Virus record (IMG/VR): IMGVR_UViG_3300045988_136394
Span: 32,001-96,000 of that record
DNA: 64,000 nucleotides
Direction: 5' to 3' (one strand)
Source of the DNA: a virus
The notes beneath the pieces were generated by a model. It ran no database searches. It saw nothing but the letters and a program-made list of their open reading frames with translations, and had not been told where the DNA came from. Positions 49,375 to 57,796 of the stretch are shown in pieces; position 1 is the first letter of the stretch, and the number at the start of each line of letters is the position of its first letter. Made by a program: the position numbers and the translations under genes.

Positions 49375-50103
49375 TTAAAAATCAATTTGAACGTTTTCGC
49401 TTTCCAATACTGTCGCTTGCACTTCACCGCCCATGACACGCCCGCTTTCATCAAATGTTAAGTCAACTTCTGCTCCTGTTACTCCGTTCACGTTCAGAAC
49501 GGTTTCACGTATGCGAGTTCGCAGGATAGGGGCGGCAATCGCAGGGGCTTTGCCCAGCTCGATTTCAAAATGTGGAATCCCGCGCGTTTGTGCTAAATAA
49601 GCGTCGTTTTTGAACAGCCTGACTGCGTTCGCCGCATTCTGTGCTATAGCATATGCGCCGGATACTAACGCTATCTGTCCGCTTGCGTCACTAAATATAT
49701 CCCACTTGTCATTAAGGTATAGCGTACGCCCTATATCGCCGGGCGTAAAATACGGGTTCATTTCAATTCCATATTTACCTGTGACGTAAATAGGTTCTTG
49801 GATATTGGGCGGCTTTGGCGGTTTCGGTTTATCTTTAGCTTTAACTTCAATCTGATACGTATTATCAATATCTATTGAGCCTGTAAGTGGTTCAAACGTG
49901 TATATCTGCGTTATAGGTTGTAAGTCAACTCCCACAACGCGCATTGTTTCGCCTTTGATATAGCTGCTTTCATCAGATTTAGACGTAACATAACCTTTTA
50001 TAGTCGGATATGCTTCGTCTGCTCTGTTTTGCGCTGCTGACGAAAAATCCGCTTCGTTTGGGCTGGACGTAACAAACGCTTTTAATTCAACAACTTCTGC
50101 CAT
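49375..50103 (-). CDS. Baseplate wedge gp25/W-like domain protein with N-terminal extension
   Basis: C-terminal segment GIPHFEIELGK...ETVLNVNGVTGAEVDLTFDESGRV resembles GPW/gp25 fold signature. Confidence 0.5.
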   Translation of the reverse strand: MAEVVELKAFVTSSPNEADFSSAAQNRADEAYPTIKGYVTSKSDESSYIKGETMRVVGVDLQPITQIYTFEPLTGSIDIDNTYQIEVKAKDKPKPPKPPNIQEPIYVTGKYGIEMNPYFTPGDIGRTLYLNDKWDIFSDASGQIALVSGAYAIAQNAANAVRLFKNDAYLAQTRGIPHFEIELGKAPAIAAPILRTRIRETVLNVNGVTGAEVDLTFDESGRVMGGEVQATVLESENVQIDF

Positions 50104-50114
50104 GTTTACACCCC

Positions 50115-50297
50115 CTAACTTTTTCTAAAATAACTGGTTTCTTGTGTTTTAGAGTTTTTTTGTGACTTCTTATTCATTCTTTCGTATATTTTAGGCAAGC
50201 ATTCTTTACATATATAATAAGTCTTATGATATGCGGGCATTTCAAAAGCCCACTCAATAGGCTTTATCTTACCGCACGAAGTACATTGATGTATCAT
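50115..50297 (-). CDS. Small zinc-ribbon protein
   Basis: CTSCG...CKEC. Confidence 0.4.
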   Translation of the reverse strand: MIHQCTSCGKIKPIEWAFEMPAYHKTYYICKECLPKIYERMNKKSQKNSKTQETSYFRKS

Positions 50298-50298
50298 T

Positions 50299-50520
50299 TT
50301 AGCAATTCCCCTTTTTTAGCGCAGCTTCAACCTCTTTGATATGTAACTGGTTTTCGTTTCGGATTTCTAAAACGGATAATTTAGTAATGCAATCTATACA
50401 TATACCGAATTTGTTATTAAAGTAGTAGTAACCAGTAAGCAAAGGCTTATTGCAGCGGCAGCAAATTCTATCTATATCCATTTTATCACACCTTAACTTT
50501 TGATATTTAAATTGAATCAA
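50299..50520 (-). CDS. Small zinc-ribbon protein (TTG start per track)
   Basis: CCRC...CIDC. Confidence 0.35.
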   Translation of the reverse strand: MIQFKYQKLRCDKMDIDRICCRCNKPLLTGYYYFNNKFGICIDCITKLSVLEIRNENQLHIKEVEAALKKGNC

Positions 50521-50820
50521 GTAATATTAAGTAATCTACATTCGCATGAAAAACAGTATCTTCTAATATTGGCAAAAACCTATCATCTTGCACTGTTATT
50601 TCATATACCGTTTCCGCATACAAATTCACAGGAACGCCAACGGTAGAATTTACTTTTGCATAGTAAGTTAATTCTTCTGTTTTAAAATCTGATATCTTAA
50701 AAGTTACAGGTAGGTCTATAATTCCCGGCTGATAATCAGGGCATTTCAGATAAAAATTTATAGTTACTACAGCGGGTATGTCCCCCCCGAATTTGCAATT
50801 AATACCCTGCGGCTAAACAT
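50508..50820 (-). pseudogene. Frame-broken paralog (copy C) of MF(N/S)RR(L/V)L...SGGDIP family; G7 tract where G8 restores frame
   Basis: ATG overlapping upstream stop (TAATG) encodes MFSRRVLIANSGG then stops; the -1 frame after the G7 run (plus C7 at 50782-50788) continues DIPAVVTINF... for about 90 codons. Confidence 0.5.
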
Positions 50821-51338
50821 TAGCTTGTCAACTCCGTTTCAGTAAAGCTAAAATTTAATAAATTCTGCGGGTATAAATTGCCTACTTGTGCGCCGGGCTT
50901 TATTGCTACAATAAAAAACAAACAGCTATTTACAGAGGTTATTTTATTTGTAGAATTTATAGCAAGAGGACTGTTTGGCGATATCGCAGCGTATATATTA
51001 CTTCCGTCTAAAGCCTGCAAGAGTGCTGTTTTATCTTGAAACAATACTGGTCTAACTTGGCTTTGCTGTGTTCCTATCGCGGATATAATAATCGTTCTGG
51101 ACTGATACCCCGCTGTTAATGTTCCGCTAGATATTTCAAAGCCTGCCTCTGTTCTTAAATATAACGGGAATCCGATTAAAGGGCAAAAATTCGCAACACC
51201 TACTTTTGAGGTTGGGTACGAGATGATATCTGTAAATGTATTTACAGTGCCTAAATTAAAAGGAGTGCTTATGTCGATTTCTTCCCCGTCTGCTGCTCCT
51301 ATGTTGCCGCCAGTATACCAATGTAAATGATTAGCCAT
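50820..51338 (-). CDS. Hypothetical structural-like protein, YxGG-N-terminus family (copy 3)
   Basis: N-terminus HWYTGGNIGAADGEEIDIS similar to 51355..51759 and 52076..52450. Confidence 0.45.
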   Translation of the reverse strand: MANHLHWYTGGNIGAADGEEIDISTPFNLGTVNTFTDIISYPTSKVGVANFCPLIGFPLYLRTEAGFEISSGTLTAGYQSRTIIISAIGTQQSQVRPVLFQDKTALLQALDGSNIYAAISPNSPLAINSTNKITSVNSCLFFIVAIKPGAQVGNLYPQNLLNFSFTETELTS

Positions 51339-51354
51339 TGTTCGAACTCCCTTC

Positions 51355-51759
51355 CTATTCGATTGTTTTTCGCAAATCTATAACATAAGCATAGATTTTT
51401 ATAGACGTATCTACAGTAGCCCCATCACTTGCTGTTGCGTAAAAAGTAAAGGTTAATTCTTGATTGACATCCGAAACTGTTTTTAATACGGTTTCAAAAT
51501 ACCCCCCTGTTAAACCTATCGTTTGCGTAATTGAGTTGTTGAATGAAGTTATACGGCATTTAGTAAATTTATCGGCATTAACTCCAACTAAAACCTGTCT
51601 ATAACTTTCTCCCGCGTCTGCTCTGATATACACCTTAACGCTTTTGCTTGCTGCCGTGCTACCCGACGGGAAAAGCCCTGTAGCTGTGATAGGATTTATT
51701 GATGTAACTTCTGTACCGTCTTTTTGCCCTGTTGTCCCGTCTATATAGAATCTAATCAT
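51355..51759 (-). CDS. Hypothetical protein, YxGG family (copy 2)
   Basis: N-terminus FYIDGTTGQKDGTEVTSI. Confidence 0.45.
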   Translation of the reverse strand: MIRFYIDGTTGQKDGTEVTSINPITATGLFPSGSTAASKSVKVYIRADAGESYRQVLVGVNADKFTKCRITSFNNSITQTIGLTGGYFETVLKTVSDVNQELTFTFYATASDGATVDTSIKIYAYVIDLRKTIE

Positions 51760-52069
51760 TTTCTAGCCCTCTTTCTACCTTTTTTATCGCCCAATCAATA
51801 ATGTTTTTTAAATCAATAAATATATTTGTGTTGCAGTCAGGTGCGCAAGACATTTCTACCTCTATCGCTGTCATACATTCATTTAACAGCTTTTCTACGA
51901 CTTTTTTGTCATAAGTTATACTTAATGCCGTTTTTCTGAATTCTTGGCAGTATATATCTAGCTTGCCTGTTATTTCTTTATCATTGTCAGGAATATCGAT
52001 TTTTATCGCCTTAATATAAGCGTTGCCGCTTAACATCAACAGTTCATCCTCGCACTTTATTATAATCAT
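51752..52069 (-). CDS. Hypothetical Cys-containing protein
   Basis: ORF. Confidence 0.4.
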   Translation of the reverse strand: MIIIKCEDELLMLSGNAYIKAIKIDIPDNDKEITGKLDIYCQEFRKTALSITYDKKVVEKLLNECMTAIEVEMSCAPDCNTNIFIDLKNIIDWAIKKVERGLEND

Positions 52070-52075
52070 TAAAAT

Positions 52076-52450
52076 CTACCCCTCTGTTAATACTGTTTCA
52101 ATATATTTCAGCAAAAATCTGTTTAATACGGTTTGTCCGAACTCTGCCCCTTCCGGAATATTCGACCGCACATAAAACAATGTGTTTGTATCGCCGATAT
52201 TCGCGAATTCTAACTTTTGACCCCACGTGTTCCCGTCTTTAGATAACTGTAACCATTCAGGGTTGCTGCCGATAACAGAAAGCGAAACGTTATAAACATT
52301 AGTCGTTAACGCCGCCCGCAGCGCATAGGCTACAATGTGTCCAAGCTCCCCTTTTTTATCTGTGTACTTCAAGATATCGCTTGTAGTGATTAGTGTTCCG
52401 TCTGTTCCGCCGGATGTAACACTGCCGTTATAAATGCTTAATTGCGCCAT
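52076..52450 (-). CDS. Hypothetical protein, YxGG family (copy 1)
   Basis: N-terminus SIYNGSVTSGGTDGTLITTS; RBS AAAGGGGG. Confidence 0.45.
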   Translation of the reverse strand: MAQLSIYNGSVTSGGTDGTLITTSDILKYTDKKGELGHIVAYALRAALTTNVYNVSLSVIGSNPEWLQLSKDGNTWGQKLEFANIGDTNTLFYVRSNIPEGAEFGQTVLNRFLLKYIETVLTEG

Positions 52451-52497
52451 AAATAAGCCCCCTTTTATTTTTTATTTAACTATGTTATAATTTTAGC

Positions 52498-52577
52498 GTA
52501 GCATAGTCGTAAGCCCTTATATTTTTTCATTCAACGAACCTCTGCAAAATTGGCAATCGGAAACGGTTGCTTTTTTT
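52498..52577 (+). ncRNA. Candidate sRNA unit 1 (extended -10 promoter tgtTATAAT at 52483-52491; terminator GCAATCG-gaaa-CGGTTGC + T7)
   Basis: Promoter and terminator seen in sequence on plus strand; no ORF. Confidence 0.3.
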
Positions 52578-52601
52578 GCGCCCTGTTGATATAATTTAGA
52601 C

Positions 52602-52684
52602 ATTCACAGTCAGCGTTGATTGTTGGTAACTAAAAAGGGTCACAGAAGCGCAAATGCAACGCACATTTGCGTTTTTCTGTTTTA
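52602..52684 (+). ncRNA. Candidate sRNA unit 2 (promoter TTGCTT-17-TATAAT at 52567-52595 with TGn; terminator GCGCAAATG-loop-CATTTGCG + T-run)
   Basis: Canonical spacing; strong 8-bp hairpin. Confidence 0.35.
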
Positions 52685-52744
52685 TATGATAAAATAAATA
52701 CGGTACATATCAGTTTATCTCCCCAACGATAGGCTGATATAGTA

Positions 52745-52766
52745 AAAAGCCCTGCGGGGCTTTTTA
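52745..52766. terminator. Bidirectional terminator AAAAAGCCC-tgcg-GGGCTTTTT
   Basis: Perfect 6-bp GC stem with A5/T5 flanks. Confidence 0.55.
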
Positions 52767-52807
52767 TTTTTGTTTACATTATACCACATGTGCGTTATAA
52801 TAAATAT

Positions 52808-52908
52808 GGTACAAAATTAAACCGCCTTTTTATCATGTGACGCAAAACAAGTTAAAAAGCAGCAGACAAAAGCAAAGTTAACGCTTTGCTTTTTCTGTTT
52901 TTATGCTA
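52808..52908 (+). ncRNA. Candidate sRNA unit 3 (promoter TTTACA-17-TATAAT at 52773-52801; terminator AAGCAAAG-ttaacg-CTTTGCTT + T-run)
   Basis: Promoter and terminator geometry. Confidence 0.35.
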
Positions 52909-52918
52909 TAATATTTAT

Positions 52919-52979
52919 GTGGCGTCAGCTCTCCTGTTGAATTAAAATAAAAGAAGCAATCATAAGAGGTTGCTTTTTT
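52919..52979 (+). ncRNA. Candidate sRNA unit 4 (promoter TTTGCT-16-TATAAT with TGn at 52885-52912; terminator AGCAATC-ataaga-GGTTGCT + T7)
   Basis: Promoter and terminator geometry; terminator T-run doubles as -35 of next promoter. Confidence 0.3.
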
Positions 52980-53004
52980 TGCGCCTTGTTGCTATAATTA
53001 AATA

Positions 53005-53077
53005 TGCAGAAGCTGCCCCTTCTCGCAATCCTTTTTAAACAAAAAAACACCCTGCTTTTTAGCAGGGTGTTTTTTTA
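53005..53077 (+). ncRNA. Candidate sRNA unit 5 (promoter TTGCTT-17-TATAAT with TGn at 52970-52998; strong bidirectional terminator ACACCCTGCT-tttt-AGCAGGGTGT flanked by A7/T7)
   Basis: Near-exact repeat of unit 2 promoter; 3' end convergent with small peptide gene. Confidence 0.35.
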
Positions 53078-53185
53078 CTTCGTCATTTGCCCCAATCCTG
53101 CGCCGATAATTAAAAAGCAAACGCAGAAAAAAACGAAATTCATAATTAAGCCGTTTTCTTTTAGAACGGTAAAAAACTTATCCAT
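53075..53185 (-). CDS. 36-aa hydrophobic peptide (candidate type I toxin-like membrane peptide)
   Basis: RBS GAGAGGGGGG 8 nt upstream of ATG 53185; MDKFFTVLKENGLIMNFVFFCVCFLIIGAGLGQMTK; stop abuts bidirectional terminator; 5'UTR hairpin AACGCTGT/ACAGCGTT next to RBS. Confidence 0.35.
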   Translation of the reverse strand: MDKFFTVLKENGLIMNFVFFCVCFLIIGAGLGQMTK

Positions 53186-53295
53186 GATATACCCCCCTCT
53201 CTTGAACGCTGTTTAGGTTACAGCGTTTTATTTTTGCTTGTATATAGTAATTGTCCTAAAAGTATTTTGAAACGATTACAGGGCAAATATGAGCG

Positions 53296-54240
53296 TCATT
53301 CTTTTCCCGTCGACCCAAAACCGCCCTTGCGGACTTCGTTTGTATCGTCGCTGTCGCATACAGTATATTTAACAAAAATACCTTGCATAATTCGTTCGCC
53401 TTTTTTAAAACTCACGATTTCATTACTGTTATTTTGCAGGCAAATGCCTATATTGCCGTCGTTGTCGGGATTGGAAAAATAATCGGCGTCAATAATTCCT
53501 GTCCCATTCGCTAGTGTTACATGCTGTTTAATGCCTATTGAGCTGCGAATATATAGCATTAACACTTCATCATCAGGCATAAACGCTTTAACGTTTGTTG
53601 GAATAATAGCCGATATGCTGTGGGGATTTAAGCGCACATCACAGGGTAGCACGAAGTCATAACCTGCGCTTTTTGCTGTTTTCCTTTTCGGCAGCACTGT
53701 ATCGGCAGGGGCATTTTTTACGGGGTAAAATTTGCGGGAAACTTTTTCTTCTTCTAAAATTCCGAATTTTACCGGGGCTTCAAACTGATTAGAATTTTCC
53801 ATGTTATCACCTTTAAATATTTCATTTATTTTGTTTTGCAAAAGTTTGCTCGGATTATCTACGATGATTTTTTCACCATTCGTTAATCTAATAATAACTT
53901 TTATCACGTTATTTTTCAAGTTTCGCGTTTCGGTAACGTTAGTTATGCTTCTTATTTGATTAATGTTTTGAATTATTTTTAAAGCTCTGTTCTCTGCTTT
54001 TATCTGCTCTCGGTAGGATTGTTTAAATTGGTTATCAAAAAAAGATTTAAAATTATTACCGCTAGATGTTTGGTCAATAACTTTTCTGATCGATATATAG
54101 TCTTTTGGTATTCGGCATTTCGTGATTATTTCCTCGGCTGCTTTTACAGCTTCTATATCACTGCTATATTTACAACATTTTCCTATCAATAAGCAACACC
54201 GCGGTTTAAGCTTGCTGTTTTGTTTAACTATTTCGCCCAT
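53296..54240 (-). CDS. dut: dUTPase with about 146-aa N-terminal Cys-containing extension
   Basis: C-terminal half has KSAGYDF, NGTGIIDADY, RKGGFGSTGK; internal ATG 53802 with RBS AAGGTGA could give stand-alone dUTPase. Confidence 0.7.
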   Translation of the reverse strand: MGEIVKQNSKLKPRCCLLIGKCCKYSSDIEAVKAAEEIITKCRIPKDYISIRKVIDQTSSGNNFKSFFDNQFKQSYREQIKAENRALKIIQNINQIRSITNVTETRNLKNNVIKVIIRLTNGEKIIVDNPSKLLQNKINEIFKGDNMENSNQFEAPVKFGILEEEKVSRKFYPVKNAPADTVLPKRKTAKSAGYDFVLPCDVRLNPHSISAIIPTNVKAFMPDDEVLMLYIRSSIGIKQHVTLANGTGIIDADYFSNPDNDGNIGICLQNNSNEIVSFKKGERIMQGIFVKYTVCDSDDTNEVRKGGFGSTGKE

Positions 54241-54477
54241 GTAATACCCTTTTTTTCGATTTCAATATAATAAAAACTCACAACTTCAACTGCCACTCAA
54301 AATATGTTTAAATATACTCAAACACATCGAGAAATTGAAGTCCTCACGAATACTTCTTACTGCTTCATTGTGTATGTTTTGACGATTGCAGGCAATACGC
54401 TACTCACAAGTTCTTGTACACTCCACAGTCGTTAATTCCCGAAATAGCCTTCGGTACATACTTACATTTGCTTTTAA

Positions 54478-55641
54478 TCATGCAATCTTGTAAGTTTTAG
54501 CATCTTTTAAATTAAGTGCCGCATTGAAATCCCTGTCTGCAACATAGCCACATTCACATCTGTAAATTCTATCTGAAAGCTTTAAATTTTTCCTGATAGA
54601 ACCACAATGGTGACATGTCTTTGAAGATGGATAAAATCTATCTGCTACCCTTAATTCAATGCCTTTTTCATCACACTTGGCTTTAAGCCTTTTTCTAAAT
54701 TCATAAAACTTCTGAGATGCAACAGCTTTTGAAAGACACCTGTTTTTCATCATTCCTTTTACATTTAAATCTTCAATCGTTATGTAAGACGGTTTGGTTT
54801 TCACTATCTCAGCGATTGTCTTGTTAATGTAATCAGTACGGATATTATCCATTTTATGATGAAGTTTTTGTACCTTAAGCTTTTGTTTCTGTATATTTGC
54901 TCTTTGAGTGGACTCTCCTTTCTTTAAATTTTCATACTTTCGGGAAAGACTTCTCTGTTCCCGGATCAGTTGTTTTTCAAGTTTCTTTAATCCTGCCGAT
55001 TTGTTGATGTTCCTGTATGTCTTTCCATTTGAAATAATAGCAAAGTCTTTTAGCCCAAGGTCTATACCGATTCCCTCGTTTAAGTTATTGTTAATATTGA
55101 CATCGGGAATCTCTACAAGAACAGAAACATAAAATCTGCCAGCCTTAACAGACACTGTACCACTTCTGATCATATATCCATCCTTTGTTGTTGGGATATA
55201 TCCTTTTTCTTTGATACGGACCCAGCCCAGAGTTGGGATCTTAAGTCTGTGCCTTTCGCATTGACAATCCTTTGGGTTATTTCTGACGAAATACATTTTC
55301 ACATCAGATTTACCTTTCTTTTTAAATTTAGGAAAATCACTCTGATGTTTAAAAAATCTTGTAAAAGCAGCACATCCATCTTCGATAGACTTTTTTACGG
55401 CTTTTGAATACACTTCCCTGATCCATGTTTTGTCAGGATTATCTGGAATGTATTCGTTATTAAGCCATAGACTAAAGCTCTTACCAGTCATAAACTTTTC
55501 ACCATTATCATGCAGGGCTTTGTTGTGACCAAGGTAGAAGTTATAAACATATCGGCAAGTGCCTATCGTCTTACGGATTCGGGCTTTCTGTTCTTCAGTT
55601 GGGTTGATTTCCGTCTTGAAGCTCTTTAGCAATCTCTTCAT
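54478..55641 (-). CDS. tnpB: TnpB (OrfB_IS605 family, RuvC-like + zinc finger)
   Basis: GIDLGLKDF (RuvC-I), CHHCG...CECG zinc finger, RDFNAALN (RuvC-III). Confidence 0.85.
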   Translation of the reverse strand: MKRLLKSFKTEINPTEEQKARIRKTIGTCRYVYNFYLGHNKALHDNGEKFMTGKSFSLWLNNEYIPDNPDKTWIREVYSKAVKKSIEDGCAAFTRFFKHQSDFPKFKKKGKSDVKMYFVRNNPKDCQCERHRLKIPTLGWVRIKEKGYIPTTKDGYMIRSGTVSVKAGRFYVSVLVEIPDVNINNNLNEGIGIDLGLKDFAIISNGKTYRNINKSAGLKKLEKQLIREQRSLSRKYENLKKGESTQRANIQKQKLKVQKLHHKMDNIRTDYINKTIAEIVKTKPSYITIEDLNVKGMMKNRCLSKAVASQKFYEFRKRLKAKCDEKGIELRVADRFYPSSKTCHHCGSIRKNLKLSDRIYRCECGYVADRDFNAALNLKDAKTYKIA

Positions 55642-56242
55642 CCTTTTCTATTTGTTTTTTATACTTACGAAGTCCGTACAATCTACAGGAAAAAACATGA
55701 AGTATAGATACAATATCCTGTACAAGTTCTTCTTGCGGTGATAGTTCTTCATTGTTCACTATCACTATAGTTGTATTGAACTTCATACAGAATTTTTCAA
55801 ACCAGTCATATCCAAATCTGATAAATCTGTCTTTATGTGCAACTATGATGGTTTTAATTTTTTGTTCCATTACTTCATCTAACATCTGATTCCACTTTTT
55901 GCGGTTATAGTTTAAACCACTGTCATAATCTTCAATACATTGGTCTACAATCATTCCTCTGGCATTACAGAATTGACGTAAAAACGATACTTGATTCTGT
56001 AAATCATCCTTTTGATTTCTTGTAGAAACTCTTGCATAAATAACAACTTGTCGAGTATCATTCTCTGTATCTATGCCTTTGAATTGAAGATATTGGTTGT
56101 AAGTATAATAACGCCTGTCAGTTGGAGTTCGATTCGCTTTTAGCGTTCCTTCCCTGTCCCAACGCTGTAATGTTTTCACAGAGACACCTAATAATTCAGC
56201 AAAATCTTTTGGTTTATAATTAGTGATATTCGATGTGTTCAT
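55595..56242 (-). CDS. tnpA: IS607-type serine recombinase transposase TnpA (N-terminal MerR-like HTH + resolvase catalytic domain)
   Basis: HTH DFAELLGVSVKTLQRWDREG; catalytic VIYARVSTRNQ; start taken at ATG 56242 (RBS GGGGGG). Confidence 0.8.
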   Translation of the reverse strand: MNTSNITNYKPKDFAELLGVSVKTLQRWDREGTLKANRTPTDRRYYTYNQYLQFKGIDTENDTRQVVIYARVSTRNQKDDLQNQVSFLRQFCNARGMIVDQCIEDYDSGLNYNRKKWNQMLDEVMEQKIKTIIVAHKDRFIRFGYDWFEKFCMKFNTTIVIVNNEELSPQEELVQDIVSILHVFSCRLYGLRKYKKQIEKDEEIAKELQDGNQPN

Positions 56243-56356
56243 AGCAATACCCCCCATGAGCACATTTTAACACATTTAATCACTAATATCAATGTTATCG
56301 ATTGCTTAAAAATTCTCCTTTGATATGTCACATAATTTTGTACGCTTTCAAGTTTT

Positions 56357-56617
56357 TCATCTGTTATACCTTCTATCTCTGATGATTAAATCCATATCTA
56401 GGCTATCCAGCAGCTTTATTAAATCGTTAATGTTGACAAAACCTCTTTTAAAACGGTCGTGCAATCCTGTTTCATTGATATTCATTTCTGCTGCAACTTC
56501 TTTTAAATACCTCTTGTCCCTGCGTACCAGCCTTCTGACCCATGTTTTAAACGCTACCGGGTCAGCTAATTTCTCGGCAGCGTTCCATTCTTTCAGTGTT
56601 GGTTTTTCAAACTTCAC
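56357..56617 (-). CDS. Small HTH-type regulator (GTG start)
   Basis: Immediately downstream of consensus promoter copy B. Confidence 0.45.
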   Translation of the reverse strand: MKFEKPTLKEWNAAEKLADPVAFKTWVRRLVRRDKRYLKEVAAEMNINETGLHDRFKRGFVNINDLIKLLDSLDMDLIIRDRRYNR

Positions 56618-56692
56618 TTTATCACCTGCCTACTTTTTAATTTTTTCATAATACTGCCCCTTTATTTTGATTTTCCCTTACCTCTTGTCTAT

Positions 56693-56721
56693 ATTATAGC
56701 CCCCCTTCGTCCTATTGTCAA
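56693..56721 (-). promoter_or_regulatory. Consensus sigma-70 promoter TTGACA-17-TATAAT (copy B), with about 60 bp of flanking sequence homologous to copy A (~120-bp cassette counting the downstream terminator)
   Basis: Plus tgtcaa 56716-56721 and attata 56693-56698; flank cctcttgtctatattatagcccccc shared with 42.68 kb. Confidence 0.65.
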
Positions 56722-56745
56722 GTCTTTTTTTAATCACAAAATAAA

Positions 56746-56772
56746 AAGCAGGGCGTTTGCCCTGCTTACTGG
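56746..56772. terminator. Hairpin terminator AAAAAGCAGGGC-gttt-GCCCTGCTT (homolog of 42752..42782)
   Basis: 7-bp GC stem. Confidence 0.55.
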
Positions 56773-56774
56773 TA

Positions 56775-57056
56775 TTAATGGGGTAGTTTTTTATAACATT
56801 CTATGCACAGAAGCCCTTTTTCCTGCTGCCTTTTCCCGCATTGAGTGCATAGCCCGGCAGCTTTGAGTTTTTCCCGCCGCTGCTTTGCATATTCAAGCCG
56901 CTGCGCCTTGTGTGCGTGATAATATGCATAGTAATACTTTTCGCACTCTTTACAATGCAGCTTGCCCGCTACAGCTTTACGCTTATAACATCTTGGGCAG
57001 TATCCTTCCGCTTTCAATTCCTCACGGTAGGCTTTCGCCTTTTCTGCTTTATTCAT
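56775..57056 (-). CDS. Tandem CxxC zinc-finger protein
   Basis: CPRC...CKEC and CTQCG...CIEC. Confidence 0.45.
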   Translation of the reverse strand: MNKAEKAKAYREELKAEGYCPRCYKRKAVAGKLHCKECEKYYYAYYHAHKAQRLEYAKQRREKLKAAGLCTQCGKRQQEKGLLCIECYKKLPH

Positions 57057-57083
57057 GTCAATTCACTTCACTTTGTTTTTTTC

Positions 57084-57783
57084 TTAATAATCTAAAACGT
57101 TTGGAGTTACGCCGTTTATGCTTGCAGAGTAGGACATTATAATCTGAATATTCGTAGTAATTGCACCCTCTATTGCATCTCCTGCATATGAACTTACCCA
57201 TTCCTTAGAATCAGAAGAACTATTATACCTGTATACTAGTACATCCCAATATTCAGGTTCGGGTATACTTCCTTCTTCTACAGTAGCCCAACGTATATTA
57301 TAAGTTTTACCGCCTGTTACACCAATATATCTAGGCAGATTAGGGTCAACAAACTCATTTACATAGGTATCTTCTGTTGTGATTTTTAAAACTTTCACAC
57401 CTGGCGGGATAGTGATAGTAAAAGCATTTACAGTGCTACCCTTCCACAATACAGTTTCCTTTGTTGGCAGCGGGGGTTCAAGGGGGGGATAAAACAACAT
57501 ACTCTGTTTCATATTCGACGTCGGTGGGAATAATCCATTTCCCTGTAGCCGCATTATATCCTGCCGCCGTTATCGTATAAGATATTTCTGTTCCTGTCGG
57601 CACTCCATAGAAAACGGCTATTCCTTTATTATCAGTATTAGCTAAATTGCTTTCACCGTTGTAAGTCAGCTCCACTCTTGCTGACCGAACGTGACCGCCG
57701 TCGGGCGTGTCTACATGGATTTCAAGCACAGAATAAGTTTGCTGCTTCCCCCCCGAATCTATTAATAAACGCCTGTTGAACAT
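57084..57783 (-). pseudogene. MFNRRLL-family fiber-like gene (copy B) split into two overlapping ORFs by a C7 tract (plus G7 at 57482-57488)
   Basis: 57478..57783 and 57084..57554 fuse into one 233-aa Ig-like fiber protein if the tract were 6 nt; N-terminal MFNRRLLIDSGGK with in-frame G7 at 57748-57754. Confidence 0.5.
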
Positions 57784-57796
57784 AGTTATCCTCCTA

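Larger units (their letters stand above)
54260..56350 (-). mobile_element. IS607-family insertion sequence (tnpA serine recombinase + tnpB); ends approximate
   Basis: Overlapping tnpA/tnpB pair, AT-rich relative to flanks; about 230 nt between tnpB stop and next gene may hold the TnpB-associated right-end RNA. Confidence 0.55.

Noticed and set aside
55595-56263. Serine recombinase as a Gin/Hin-type tail-fiber invertase
   Set aside because: Domain order is N-terminal MerR-like HTH then catalytic domain, and it overlaps a tnpB gene. That is the IS607 TnpA arrangement, not the invertase arrangement (catalytic domain then C-terminal HTH).
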